Origin: Nageia nagi
Taxonomy: Eukaryota; Plantae; Pinophyta
Length of the DNA: 64,000 bases
Direction: 5' to 3'
Assembly: GCA_050084985.1 (NCBI GenBank)
Contig: JBITNC010000001.1
Location: 6,634,001 to 6,698,000 of the forward strand
Part shown: piece after piece, positions 51,357-64,000 of the stretch
Layout of the letters: every line of letters begins with the position of its first letter
Numbering within the stretch: the stretch's first letter is position 1
Notes under the pieces: generated by a model
Database searches by the model: none
What the model was told of the DNA's origin: nothing
Seen by the model: the letters and a program-made list of their open reading frames with translations, nothing else
Translations under genes and position numbers: made by a program

Positions 51357-53296
51357 GGCTTATACCAACCTTAAATTCCCTTCTTTGCCTGAGAGGAAAC
51401 CTTCTATTGTTCTCTTCCCCAAATACGGCATGGAGATCTTAATATTCTGCATGCAAAACAGGAGGAATTCCCAAGGAGTTGGAACTATGAAGATCTTCAA
51501 AGCCACCATCTTCACATGTCACTCCTGTGTTTTAATCCCCTACACCCTGTGAGCCGTGCAAAAAAGTCATATTCCAGCACCTTCTTAATTGCAGCGAGTC
51601 ATCTTTTCATAATTTCTAAGCATGCCATTTGAGAGTTATGACGTCCACCAGCTACAACAATGAGCATAATATGCCAGCTTACTATATGAATTAATTGGGT
51701 TGGCGTTCTCCACTCGCCTATTTTGTGAATAAGAGTAAAAAATATTTTTTTATATAATATAATAGCACTTTCTCATAAAAACAAATTCTCTTATTCATCT
51801 TGCAATAAAAGCAATTATGAAGAAATCTACTCTTCATAAGTTCATGCTTATCAAAAGTTCAAACTGAAGATTTCAAAATTTCCCTCCTCCATATACAAAA
51901 GTCTTAAATCCTTCTTGTTGGAGTTTTGCTTTTGGTTCTAAGTTTTTTAATTTTTTATCTTTTGAGAGAAGAAAAGTTCATACATTAGTTTTTTTTTCTT
52001 TTTTTAGTGGGCCATACATGATCATATATGCATGTATCAAATACATTTATAAACACACTTTTGAGTCCTCTAAGACTTTGAGCGACTTTTCGTCTTTCTT
52101 TCAGTTGTAAAATTTAATTGATGACCCTTAACATATCGAAAATTAGTTTTTAGATAAAGAAGAAACAAGTTGGACTTTTAAATGCCTACTCTTTGAAGCT
52201 ATGACATTGTTCCCTACTGGGTAATCCTAGGAGTACAAACCTTCAATAACAACTGGATATTGCAAAAAAGAGGGAACATTTATTTGCATGCATGCACTTG
52301 TATGGGCAAGCATTTTAGTATGTGGAAGATTTGTGACCTATGAAAATGAAGAGGAAGAAGAAACATGTGTGAGATAAATATTTATTGGAGTTTCAAAGAA
52401 GACAAGACAATCATAACTGGCAAATCAAGTTCTCAAGGTTTGTTATTGTTGATATGCTGTTTAATGTTACACATTTCTATGGACTGTGTTTCTGTGAACA
52501 GTTTATATGGTAGTAACAAGCAAATCTATAAAAGTTTAGTGTATTGTAGCATTCTATGCAATTACAGTTGTAGATATGAAATGAATTGTGCCTTAAGTTG
52601 TCATTTGGTAGTTGAGTTTTAATGGTGAATAATTTACATTTGATTTTTATTGTTCAAAAGCAAGGACATCTAGCCACAAAGAATGATTTCAAGTGTATAT
52701 CAACAAATCGATTTTGAACCAGTGGAACATTTAGAAATAGAACACCTAAGCTAATTACAGGAACAAGCAAAGACTTCTGATTCTGAAATGAGAAACATAT
52801 GACTGGTTTGAAAGAGCAATGCATAAATGCCCATTTGGGAAGTAGTTTTTATGACACTATTTATTTTGCTGAAGGAATTACATGAAACATTCTCCAGTAA
52901 TACTAAGTTGATGTTGTAGCATTAGTTTATTCCTAGGTGCAACGGTGGTTTACTTAATCTTTACTTTTTCTTGAAAAGATTGGATTACTTTCTTCTGTAT
53001 ATTTTTCTGTTTCTAGTCCAATCGTTTTTTTATTTTTTAATTTACCATATTTCAATCAGTAATCATGCATTCTTATATGACATAGGCTTTTTCTCTATGT
53101 ATACATGTGCCTTGTTGGAGCCTGTGCAAATTACTAGTTGCATTTCTATTAACTAGCAATAAAAAAGAATCCATGTAGTATACAAATTATGAGAATATAG
53201 CCTATTTAAATTTAAAATCCACTCTCTGGAATTTTTCTGTGTGAATACTTAGTTTGTGTTCACCTTTTTCAAAATTTGAATTGCTTATTCACGCAG

Positions 53297-53340
53297 ATGC
53301 AGGAGCGTTGTTGACATTTGGATGGGGTCTATATGGGCAG
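53297..53340 (+). CDS. TCF1: TCF1-like RCC1 protein, exon 6 (44 nt); gene continues beyond the window
   Basis: Acceptor ACGCAG|; DAGALLTFGWGLYGQ continues the RCC1 repeat in phase; donor |GTGAGT. Confidence 0.92.
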
Positions 53341-56300
53341 GTGAGTTCTGCATCTACTATTGAAGAGGGATGGAAGTAATATTTGCATACAAATACATGA
53401 TTCGAGACATTATATTTTACTTGCTTATTACCTATTATTTGGTTTCTTACAAAAATATGTGTATGTTCTGGTTATTAGAATTGTACAGGCTTTGAATGTG
53501 ACTAGATATCGTGATTTGGTCTCTTGTTTACTATTTCTGGGCACATTCTTATATGTTGAATGGAACATTTTCCATTAGAGATGTCTGTACGTTTCTATAT
53601 TCATGAATTATGCTTGCTTTGTTTTGAAATTTTAGAAAAGGATGAGAGCATTATGCCTTCTTTTCCCTGCGTAAAAATATCACTTAGTGTTGTTCCTGGT
53701 CTTGCTATATGAGGATGGAATTTTGCATTTGAAACCACAGGATAATATGGATGAAAGGATTTTAATGCATTGCATCTATAATGTATGGTTAATTTTTGCA
53801 AACATGGTTGAAAAGTTGAAATAACCAATGGTTTTCAGTCATAGATCTCAACAATTTGAAAGTGCAATTATTTCCTTCTCTTAAAGCTTATGAGAAGAAA
53901 TGTCCCTTCGTAATAGACTTGGCAACCACCTATGTTGCAATCAGTACTTTGGGCATTTGGAGTATAGTTGCATGTTACTCTAAGATTGTGGGTTCATTTT
54001 TCTATGCTATCTCTTGTATTCCTTACTGTTGGTTGTAATAAAGTATTTTAGGCCATTTGTAATTTTGTACATATTAATGTAGCAGGGAAACATAGATACA
54101 AGAACAGAATCGATAAGAAATGATATTTGAGTATGTATAGGAGTATGAACTTGTATGGGGGAATCTAACCCCTTTCACGTGCTATGCTATGCAATTCAAT
54201 TGAATGTATTTATATAACCTATCAAAGTCATGAGTTTTGCAGGTTGGCTATTTGGCCGTGACTGTTTGCCTTTAATATCAGTCTATTACTAAATACTATG
54301 GTTTATTGTCCTAAATCTATGCTCCACAAATAAGGGGAGAGTCCAGGCTGATAAATGATTATGACGTGGTACTGAGATGGGAGTGTCACTCTTTGTAATA
54401 TGTTGGCAAAATGTTCGTGTAACATGGCTTATAAAAATGTTATCCTCAAATATATTATTTGTCACTGCTTTATTTCTTTTGAGTCTTGACTATAAATTTA
54501 TAAAATGTAAACTATGTTGGATTTCTGGTTATAAAGAAATAATTACTTAGATCAAGTTGTCAAAATTTACATAGAACAATATTCATAAGTATTTGTTGAT
54601 AACACTTGCAATGCATAGCATGCCCATATCAATAGAAATCCAAGTCCATGATTTATGAGCAATAGCATATTCCTCATGTAAGTATTAGAAATAATAGGCA
54701 GGAACCTAATCAAACTGATGTGTATGAAGAGAACAGTTTTCTTGATATGAATGTTGTGTTGCTGTATTTTTTCAGCTATTAAAATATTACACTTGAAATT
54801 TTATGTTCTTTTTAAATAATTTTTGCATTGAACTTTTGTTTAACTGAATGGCAATGCTATCTTCCCTGAAGGGCAAAGGATCCTTTTTTTATTGACAGAA
54901 CTAGTACAGCCTTATAAAGTACATATACTTGAAAAACATTGATAGGTATTGATTTATTTTTACGAGTTTTTGAAAACAATATAAGTTCTTAATATTATAA
55001 TAGTATTTTATTGAATTTATTCTTTAGATGTTTATTTCTATGGTTAAATATTATAATGTAAATTATGTAAATTTTTTTTTGGCAATGCTAAAAATTAATT
55101 TATATATTTTTAACCAATAGCATATCCCAATTGTTTTCTAGGCAAATTGGGATGCATAATATATTAGCACGCCTTTCAAATGAGTGCATGTGATGTTCAT
55201 CGATTAATATTTTCTGCATTTCTCATAACCACATATAACCTCACATATCATCATTTGGGGATACACAAGTTAATCTTGCCACATGTTATTCGGCTTATAC
55301 TTGTATCTTCCACTTCTTAGTTAGAAGGTTTAGATGTTGGTTGATGTTTTATTTGGTGCTACGCCTACCTTAATGTCGGAAGGGTCTCAAACGTATATTG
55401 GGATTCTCAAACGTTTGATGCTGAGCACCCTACAGGGCGTTCTTTCATGGCTGGCATAAAACATTTCTTGGTGTCGAGAAGCCTTAAGAGTCTTTCCGTC
55501 CTCTCCTTTGCCTTCAAAATAAATTTCTATTTTAGCACTTGTAATCTTTGCATCCATGGCTGGGTAATTCATCATGCTATTTACACCAATTGTGCTGTCA
55601 TTTTCTTTATCTTCATATTTAGTATTTGCCAGGTTCAAATTGAACCTTCAAATTATGATCTCATTTTGGTCCAACAACTCCTTGTTAGTGTTAGCAACAA
55701 TAGTGGGAGAGTTTAGCTTAGACCTATTTTACACTCTTTATCATTAACAATTTGGGTAGTGGCAGAGTTGGAGACGAATGTGGGCCCTGTGGCTATATTC
55801 TGGTCTACAATCTTTTCCTTCGATTGTTAGCATATTATTGAACGTTATGTGGATAGAAGACCACCTAGTTTGACCACAACCTTAACAATTGAGGACCTAT
55901 TGAAGTTGTGTGCTTCATAGGCCCTATACATTCCCATAGCTTGCTCATGTTCTTGGTTGTCAACGAAGTGCTTCACAGCTAGTATGGTGTTGGGAGAATA
56001 TCGTCTTGCTCCACATTGGCAGGTATTTTCTCTCCATATACGTTCTTAGGGAGCTAGTTGGTCATCTTCGTAGACATTCTTGGGGCTAGTTGGTCATATA
56101 GAGGGAATAGGAATCCTCCATAGATTTAGCTAATGGGTTGAGGTTCTGTTGTGACCGCCCAACACCCCCCGAAATGCTAGATTATGTGGACCCCTATTTT
56201 TGCCTAGGCAATAAAGTAAATTGCCTAAGGGATGACTAAATGAAGATTGTTTTGAAGATTCAAAGTGGCTAAATGAGGAAATAATACAGGGAGATCATCT

Positions 56301-56389
56301 ATAGGAGGTAGTGAAACAGTTAAGGGTGCTAGGTCATCAGTTTTGGAGCTTCTAGAATCCCTAACTTTGAAGAGTGGCATTCTTAAGCA

Positions 56390-57820
56390 ACGGGCACAAT
56401 TTTTGAAGATTTGGCAAGGATGGATATGAGAGCGTGTACATGGAAAATGAGCTCAGTTTTGATCTTCACCAAATGCAAAATGTGATCTTATGGGTTTATA
56501 GAGGAGGTCATGGCAAGTATTTTTAAACTTGGACTTTCCGGAAACTGACCAAAAATGCAGAATCTGTATCAAGGAGTTTTTTGAGGTTTGTCTTCATCAA
56601 GGCTTGGAAAAGAGTGTCTAAAGGTCAAATATCACAATTTTGACTATGTCCAAATGCAAACTTTGAAGATATGAGCTAGAGGAAGGTACAAAAACAAGCA
56701 ACTTTGACATAGGAAGTTTGTAAGATGACCAAGTTTCACCCTTCCAAAATTTAGGCGGCATTTTTGGGGCTGTCTCCATCAAAGCTTGGAAAATTGTGCC
56801 AAAGGTAGACTGAGATCATTTTGATCTTTGGCAAAGGTAAAAATTGAAGATACAAGCAAGTGAAGGACCAAATTTTAAGCATCTTTAACCTTGCAACTTC
56901 ACAATTTTGATCAAAAATGCATCCTCCAAGGCTAAACTACATTTTTTGAGGTTTGATGATATCAAAGCTTGAATACATGTGCCTAAGGCTAAAATACATA
57001 ATTTTGATCTAATTCAAATGCAAAATTTGAGCACATGGAGGACCAAAATCCAAGCATCTAGGCGACATTTTTTGAGGTTTGATTGTAACAAAGGAGAAAA
57101 ACATGTGCCTAGTGCAAAAGGACCCAAATTTTGAAGTTGGCAAAAATAGAATTTGAGCACATAGGATGGTAAAGAACCCAAAGTTCAGCACCTTTAGACT
57201 TGGAAATTTGCAAATTTGAGCAAGTTTACCCCTTCTCAAAGCTAGGCAACATTTTCCAGAGTTTGATGACATCAAAGCTTGGAAATTTGCGCCTAGAGGG
57301 AAAACACCAAAATTTGACCAAGTTTAAATCCAAATTTTGAGCACATGGGGCCATTAAGAATGCAATTTCAAGCAAATTAGGTCTTGGAAGTGTTAAAAAT
57401 GATCAAAATTCCATCTTCCAATACTATGTGGCCATTTTCAAGATTTGATGGCCTCAAAGACCAAAAACATGCACCTAAAGCACAAAGGCACAAATTTTGA
57501 TCTGTATATAAAATGGAAAGTGAGCATACAAGGTTGTAAAGGGTCAAAAATCAAACATATTTAAGCTTGGAAGTTTATAAATTGACCAAATTTATCTCCT
57601 CAAACCTAGGCGGAAATTTAGGAGCTTTGATGTCATCAAAGGCTGAAATCATGCTCCTAGTGCAAAAATATCTCATTTTTTAACCTTTAAAAAATTCGAT
57701 TTTGAGCACATGCGGCATGAAGGGTTGAATTTCAAGACATTAACTTTGGAAGTTCTCCAAAATGATAAAAACTCACCTTCCGAGACTAGGTGGCCATTTT
57801 TGAAGTTTGGTGTCATTGTC
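56390..57820. repeat. Degenerate tandem array of ~182-bp units (about 8 copies) inside the outer LTR
   Basis: CATCAAAGCTTGGAAA-like anchors at 56595, 56777, 56960, 57086, 57270, 57452, 57634 and 57814. Confidence 0.85.
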
Positions 57821-59973
57821 TCCAAAGGAGGAAAACATGAAAGATGCGCCTAAAGTGAAATGGAGTGACCTAGCATGCAAAACGTACTTTAAGAGTGAGT
57901 TCATTGGCCAAAATGACAATATCTACCATGCTAAATGCACCACCCTAGAAAATGATTTCTTGATTGGATTTGAGTACACATTTCCATAATGTTGAGGATA
58001 GTGTGGATCGAAATTGATAAAAATGAACACAAACATGTTTTTTTAACAAGGTAGAACTACATTTGATTGGGCAAGAGAAAAGGAATTGACCAAGAAGAAG
58101 GCTCATGAGATCGATGGATTACACTTGAAGAAACTATTGCATCAAATAAGCAAAAAGTTAGTCAACCAAGGTGTTGTGCCTACACAGGACATCCCAAAAG
58201 TTTCGCAATTTTAGGGACCCTCTTATGAGCTTAAGGCCATTGGGCTGAATATGTTCTGCTCAAATCCGATGCATTTTGACCAACTGGAGGTATAAGTAGC
58301 TAAGCTATGCATACTCTAACAGAATCATGCATGGAAATTTTTCTAAGTCATGAGGGCATGTTTTTTGATGAGTGCAAAAGCACTCACTCAAAACGGTGCG
58401 ACTCGGTAAAAATTTGCATTTTCACAATAAAATCATGCATTTTCAGGCATGAAATTATGCATTTCTATCTCAATTGGTCACTTATTTATCATCAGACAAG
58501 GTGCATATGTCATTTCCATGCACTTTGAGATCATTCTGGCTTATTTTGGTAAAAACTTGCTAAGTGTTTACATTGGCCGCACCATTTTTGTGTAGTGAAA
58601 AAGGACTCCCTCAAAACGGTGCGACTAGGTGAGAGAAGGCATTTGAGACTTATAAAATTGACTAATTACCTTGGCGCACAATTTCAAGTGTGTGCAAAAG
58701 GATTCCTCCAGAACTGTGCAACTGGACATTCTTTACATTGAGTAAAAAAGCACTCCTCCAAAATGGTGCGCCCATGATTTTGTAAGTGCAAATTTTTCTG
58801 AATTTTTTTTTAAGTGCCAAGAGTATCTAGAACATGTAGGAAATGAAGATGAGATTCATATGGAGTAATGAAGATGAGTCTAGAATTGCATTTTTCATGC
58901 CAAAATTGCACCCACTATATCTGAAAAGGCATTTCCCTGCACATCATTTTTGAGGGTCATTGTGGTCTTTTTTGTGAATTTTGGCATATTTTGTGCTTGG
59001 GTGCATGTATTTCATGTAGTGAAAAATCACTCATCAAAAATTGTGTCCAAGTGGATGAGGTACTTCCAACACTTACAATTTTTTAGGATTTTGGCAAAAA
59101 GAGCTTGAGCACATGTTTTTGGGGACATGCTTTTGCACGTACCAAAAACGATGTGTCCACCCCTCACGTGCATAACAATTGACTAAGTGTCAAAATTTTG
59201 GGAAGTCCACTATGGGCCAGACAAGTGTGCTAGCATGCATTGGGCCTTCATTTACACCAATCGACATATGACACCTGTTCATATGGGGGCATAGGCTATA
59301 AAAATGGTGTCAACTTCATTTTTAATGCATTTGGTCAAATCATTGTGTTGTGTGCTAAGTTTTTTTTGCATGTGTGAGGAGAGGCACTATTGGAAAATGG
59401 TGCACCCCACCTTGAAAATCATTTTTGGAAGCCATTTTTTTGAAATTTAATTTATTGCATTGGTAAAAGCACCATAGATATGTATGCATGATTCTATGAA
59501 ATTGAAAAAAGACTTTTTGTTGTCCAGCCCTCGAGATGTCCTGGCCTAGGACCAAGCATTTTTCTCTAAGTATAAAAATTCCACCTTGGCCTAGGTGCAT
59601 GTTTTTTGGGGCATGCAAAAGGACTTCTAAATTGGTGTGCCCAAATTTTTTGAAGGATTGTAAGTTAAGTTTTTTGAGAGGTGCCTAACCCTAGGCGCAA
59701 GGATTTTGGGACATGCAAAAGCACCCACTTGAAATGGTGCGCCCAATCTTTGAAAGGTTAAATTTTGATGAAAATTTGGTTAAGTCATTTATCACACCAA
59801 GTTGGTGGGCGCATGCGTTTTGGGACATGGAAAAGGACTCACCTTAAAATATGTGTCCTCCATCCCAACACAATCATTTGACCTCATTTTTGGCCAACAA
59901 AAAGGTGACATGTGGCAGCTTCAAAAGTTATAAATAGGTGGTCAGCCCTTGCATTTTCTTACTACGCATTTCA

Positions 59974-61146
59974 TGTGACATCCCCTTTTGCAAAATGTAA
60001 TTAATTATGGAATCCCACAGATTCCTCCTTTGTAAATATTTATTTATTTAATTATGCACTAGTTGTTAGTACTTGGGATAGAAATTATAAAGGTCTGTTG
60101 GACCACCCCACTGTGATCCCCAAGTGGGATGTCTTCCTCCCAAGCATAGGCTAGCATGATTTAATATTATTTAATGTACTTGGATATCCCAAGAATTGAT
60201 TGTGGGAATCCTAAGGCCTTGTATGAGCATGTAAGTAGGATCTAGACACATGTATGACTCCTAGAAACCCAAAGCATGACATGGGGGTACTTCTAGGAAC
60301 CCAACGTTGGACTTGGAGGCATCCCATCACCTCAAGAGGCCCATGTCACACCTTAGGGAAGCTCTACACCCCACACATGGGCATTTATGACATGTTTGAG
60401 GCATTTGAGGGCCCTTAGGAGGCTAACGTTGGGTAGGCCAGGCATGCATGATTCTGAGGTGATGTTCTAGATCCAAGCTTAAGCTATATTAGGCGTTGGA
60501 GCATCATTGCTGGATATACAGATTTGATAATATTACTCATACCATCCAAAGGACAAAAGTCTTAGCGCAACACTAAGAAAGATCCTTAGGTGTAGCATCT
60601 AGGATGGTTAGCAGGCTAAGAGATCCTGTTAATCTACGACTTTGGTGTAGCACCCTAGCCCATCCGGTCGTTTTTCAAGGTTGAGCTTCTACCATTCAGT
60701 TGGTCGCCAGGGTTTGAGGAGGGCTCCTTCGGTGGAGAGGATTCAAATTCTGAGGGAGCAAGATTTTCCCATCCATCATCCGTCTATCCAATAGTGAGAG
60801 ACACGTTGTGTCCTTATTGGCTCTTTGGAGGCCAACGTCCAACCCTTGGGGCTTGATATTGTATCATTGATCATTATTTATCTTCAATACAACCGTTGGG
60901 CACTTGGATCTCATATTGTATTGTGCAATTGTCTATGTATGCAATGTTGTGGTGTATTTACTCTTTCATGCATGTTGTAGCCAGATGTTGGCATCGTGAG
61001 GTGTTGTGTATTGATATCAGCTAGTCTTGGTCAGACGTTGGCATTATTGTATTGTTGAGCTTAATATGGATGCCCTAGGTTAGACATTGGAGCATACTTG
61101 TGTATTTTGAGTTATTTGCACTTGATTTTGTATTTGGGTTTTTACA
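59974..61146 (+). mobile_element. Solo gypsy LTR copy E (1173 bp)
   Basis: TGTGA...TTACA termini; perfect TSD TTTCA (59969-59973, 61147-61151). About 90% identical by eye to the reverse complement of copy B in its central part. Confidence 0.93.
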
Positions 61147-61292
61147 TTTCAATTTGGGGGGGCATAATTCTTCTAAGGGAATGCAAAAGCACTCATTAAA
61201 AATAGTGCGCCCAGGATTTAGGGGGTTGATTTTGAGATGAAATTTGGCTAAGACATTAAGATGCAAAAAGCTTAGGCGCACGATTTTGAAAG

Positions 61293-61447
61293 CATGCAAA
61301 GGCACTCCACCAAAACGATGGGCCCATGTACAAAAAGCACTCCACCAAAACGATGTGCCATGTACAAAAAGCACTCCTCCAAAACGATGTGCCCATGTAC
61401 AAAAAGCACTCTTGCAAAACGGTGCGCCCATGTACAAAAGGCACTTT
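61293..61447. repeat. 35-bp tandem repeat x4 (AAAAAGCACTCCACCAAAACGATGTGCCCATGTAC)
   Basis: GCACT anchors at 61302, 61337, 61371, 61406 and 61441. Confidence 0.9.
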
Positions 61448-64000
61448 ACATGTGCGACCAGGCTTGGAAGACAACTTTTGGGTAAGAATTTTGGCTAAGT
61501 CCCCTTGTGTACACCATTTCATTGACTACAAAAGCACTCCCCCAAAATGGTCCAACCAAAAGCACTCATACCAAAAGTGCGCCTAAACATAGAAGACATG
61601 CATTGCATCCATTCTATATCAAATTGAAGCCTGCCACATGTCCCAAGCATTGACATTTGTTCCAAGCAATGCAACATGTCCAAGAAGGACTACTTGTCAA
61701 ATGCATGCCATGCATATGCCATTTGCCTTAGAAGAAAGATCTATGAATATCATGCAAGACTCCTTTTCCATGCGACACACCAAAGGTACTTTTTCAGGAG
61801 GCTTGGTGACTAAATATCTTTGGAAGCCATGACTATAGAAGACAATGCAAAACTCATCTCTGAAGGGCAAAGTTCATGAGAAGGGAATTAAGTTGCCAAA
61901 TAGCTATTTGGATAGAGGAAGTGATACAAGATGTTCAAAGTTTTCAGTATGAGTATAGTAACATGTTGAGATAGTTGTTGGGTATACCAGAGTATTGTAT
62001 GCAGATGAAGAGAAGGATTTACTTAAGTATAAATGACAAGCATTTCATTCTCACTAAGGCACATTATCAGGGCCTCATGATGCAGGCCACATAATTTTGA
62101 GCTCTTGAAATTGCAAGACCCATTTTGGTGTGGCTTCTTCAAAAGCACATCAGGAGATTCAAGAGTGGGCCGACCATCTGACATCACCAAAGAGGAGTGG
62201 AAATCCGTAGAGCTCGAGGAAAATTCAGGGCAGATTTGATTTGCTTGTAGATTTGATCTATCCACTTTCTTTTTTAGTTCATATGTATTTATGGGGTTTT
62301 GGAAATTGTCATTTCATTGATTTGACCAATGTGTTGATGAGTTTACTTCCACCAGATCAAATGTCAAACTTTGCTACCGCATCTAATTTTATTTTCATAG
62401 ACTAGAAGTGCATTTGATTTTTCGGTGCTAGTATTTATTTTTTGTTAGTTATTAAATGCCATGGCATACAAAGTAGCATAGATGTTTGTGATGATTTGAC
62501 GTTTATTTCCATATTAGATTTGATACTTTTAGGGCAAGATTAGGGCAACATCGCATTTATTGCGGCTGCCTTTTTTGAAACTATAAGTACCTGATTTAGG
62601 TCATTTTGTAATAGAGTTTTTGAGAGGATGAAAAGGAGTGTGACAATTAGATAGAAAAGTTTGCTATGCTATAGAAGAGTTATCTCTCTGAAAAATAGTT
62701 TCTATTTGGAAGTATTGCTTTGAAGATTAATGCAATTGGAGACTTCATTTCGTGGGATTATGCATATTATCTTGTAAGATTTTCTTACGAGTTTGGATAA
62801 TTTTTACTGCTTAAGTGCATTCTCTTTGAAAACTAAGAGTTTTAAGAGGAGATAGTTGAATATTTTGTGAAGTATGGATTATTCATTGCATGATTCGCAC
62901 ATAAGTGTATGTATTCTGCGGCGAAAAGCTTATCTCTATGTCATTGAGCTAGAATATGTATTCATATGTGGTCCTTTCCCTTGATTTTTCATTTCCATCA
63001 AGTCTTCCATCCTAAAGCCAACAACTTCCTGCTCTCGTCTAGTAGCAACTTGAGCTTTGCTATTTGCTGCTAGGCTTGATAAGTGAATACATATTTCTCA
63101 AGGAATCCGGAGATGACCTGCTGAGACATTGCATCACTAGTGGATGTTTCTTTGCTAGCTTGACTTAAACTTCCTGTGCCTCTCACTTTTTATTTTCTTT
63201 TCTTTTCTTTGAAAACCAGTTTCCCTTTCGTTGTTGCTAAATCCTCAAATGACCTCAAGTTTAAACGAATCTCAGTAAAATAATAAGACATAACCTAACC
63301 AAAAAACAAAGTCTAGAGCCCTTATATAACAAGTTCACAACTCTCATCTCTCCTTACTTGAGTTGCTCTAGGATTCACAAACCATTAGACAAACTATAAA
63401 GAGACAAGTGACAAACTATAAGTCATAGTGACCTGAAAAGAAACCTTGGGGTAGAGAGTCCTTTCAAATGGGAGTAGGTAACGTTACTTCACCTAAGTTG
63501 TTGAGTCCATTCCTAGTGTTGATTGCAACCTTGCTTAGGAGGAAAGGAAAACACATCAACACAAGGCAATATTAGTCAGCCTAGGCAACATCAGTCAACC
63601 TTGACATCAGTTACCACACCTCAAGCTAGTAAGCATGCTACAAACTAGTCAACATGCCACAAGGGCTTACTAAGAACAATTGCTGATTTTGCAAGTGAAG
63701 AAGGCCCAAAGATTGATGGAGCATACTTGAAGTTGATGATAGAAGATGCATCACTTATGCAATTTATGGATCAGCCACCTTAGATTTAGTCAGAATCCAG
63801 TTTTGAAGTCAATCTATGTTAGTTGACTTAAATTTTGAAGTCAGTCTATGTTTGCTAACTTAGCGAAATGTAATTTTTTTTTAAAATTAGAATTAGGGCA
63901 ACACTAAGAAGGCCTAGAAATTCTATAAATAGACCCAAGGGGGTTTTATTTTAGTAGAATGAAATTTTGTGAAAAATCAAAATCTTTTGTAAGAGGAGCA

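Larger units (their letters stand above)
58172..63561 (+). mobile_element. Nested giant solo LTR (~4.2 kb net)
   Basis: TGTTG...CAACA termini; TSD CAAGG (58167-58171, 63562-63566). The 3' end (AGAAACCTTGGGGTA...GAGGAAAG..CAACA) is homologous to 44670-44800. Confidence 0.87.
56147..64000 (+). mobile_element. Outer giant LTR (family of 40941/42735), running past the window end
   Basis: Head TGTTGTG..CAACACCCC..GACCCCTATTTTTGC..GGCAAT..ATTGCCT matches 40941 and 42735. It resumes after 63566, and the TATA region at ~63922 matches ~43854. Confidence 0.75.

Noticed and set aside
19053-53340. Calling the gene UVR8 itself
   Set aside because: The UVR8 GWRHT tryptophan motifs are absent from the visible repeats (GGRHT and GGRHS instead), and the N-terminus fits the TCF1-type clade.
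53341-64000. Exon 7 of the RCC1 gene (expected to start CGQG...)
   Set aside because: No matching coding segment seen; presumably beyond the window.

Overview
AT-rich, CpG-depleted land-plant nuclear DNA; giant TE-filled introns and very old TE relics suggest a gymnosperm (inference). There is one host gene, a + strand RCC1/UVR8-family protein resembling Arabidopsis TCF1. Six GT-AG coding exons are visible (19053-19254, 36355-36428, 36531-36615, 36715-37287, 37501-37740, 53297-53340; 406 codons). Its introns are 17.1 kb, 102 bp, 99 bp, 213 bp, 15.6 kb and >10.6 kb; the 3' end lies outside the window, and the promoter is CpG-rich with many ABRE/G-box and CGCG motifs. The rest is layered transposon debris with many exact boundaries: a full-length decayed Ty1/copia (9629-14777, TSD CATGT), two L1 LINEs, a hAT element (8-bp TSD, 17-bp TIRs) inserted at the TATA box of a solo LTR, 6-8 solo LTRs, a rearranged Ty3/gypsy, a three-level LTR nest and a PIF1-helicase relic. 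The best candidates for novelty are (i) an L1 LINE that appears to carry an extra ORF between ORF2 and its poly(A), (ii) inverted intronic LTRs bracketing exons 2-5, which would form a 972-nt stop-free circle, and (iii) ~182-bp tandem arrays inside giant LTRs. All identities are estimated by eye and all protein homologies are from motif recognition, not searches.
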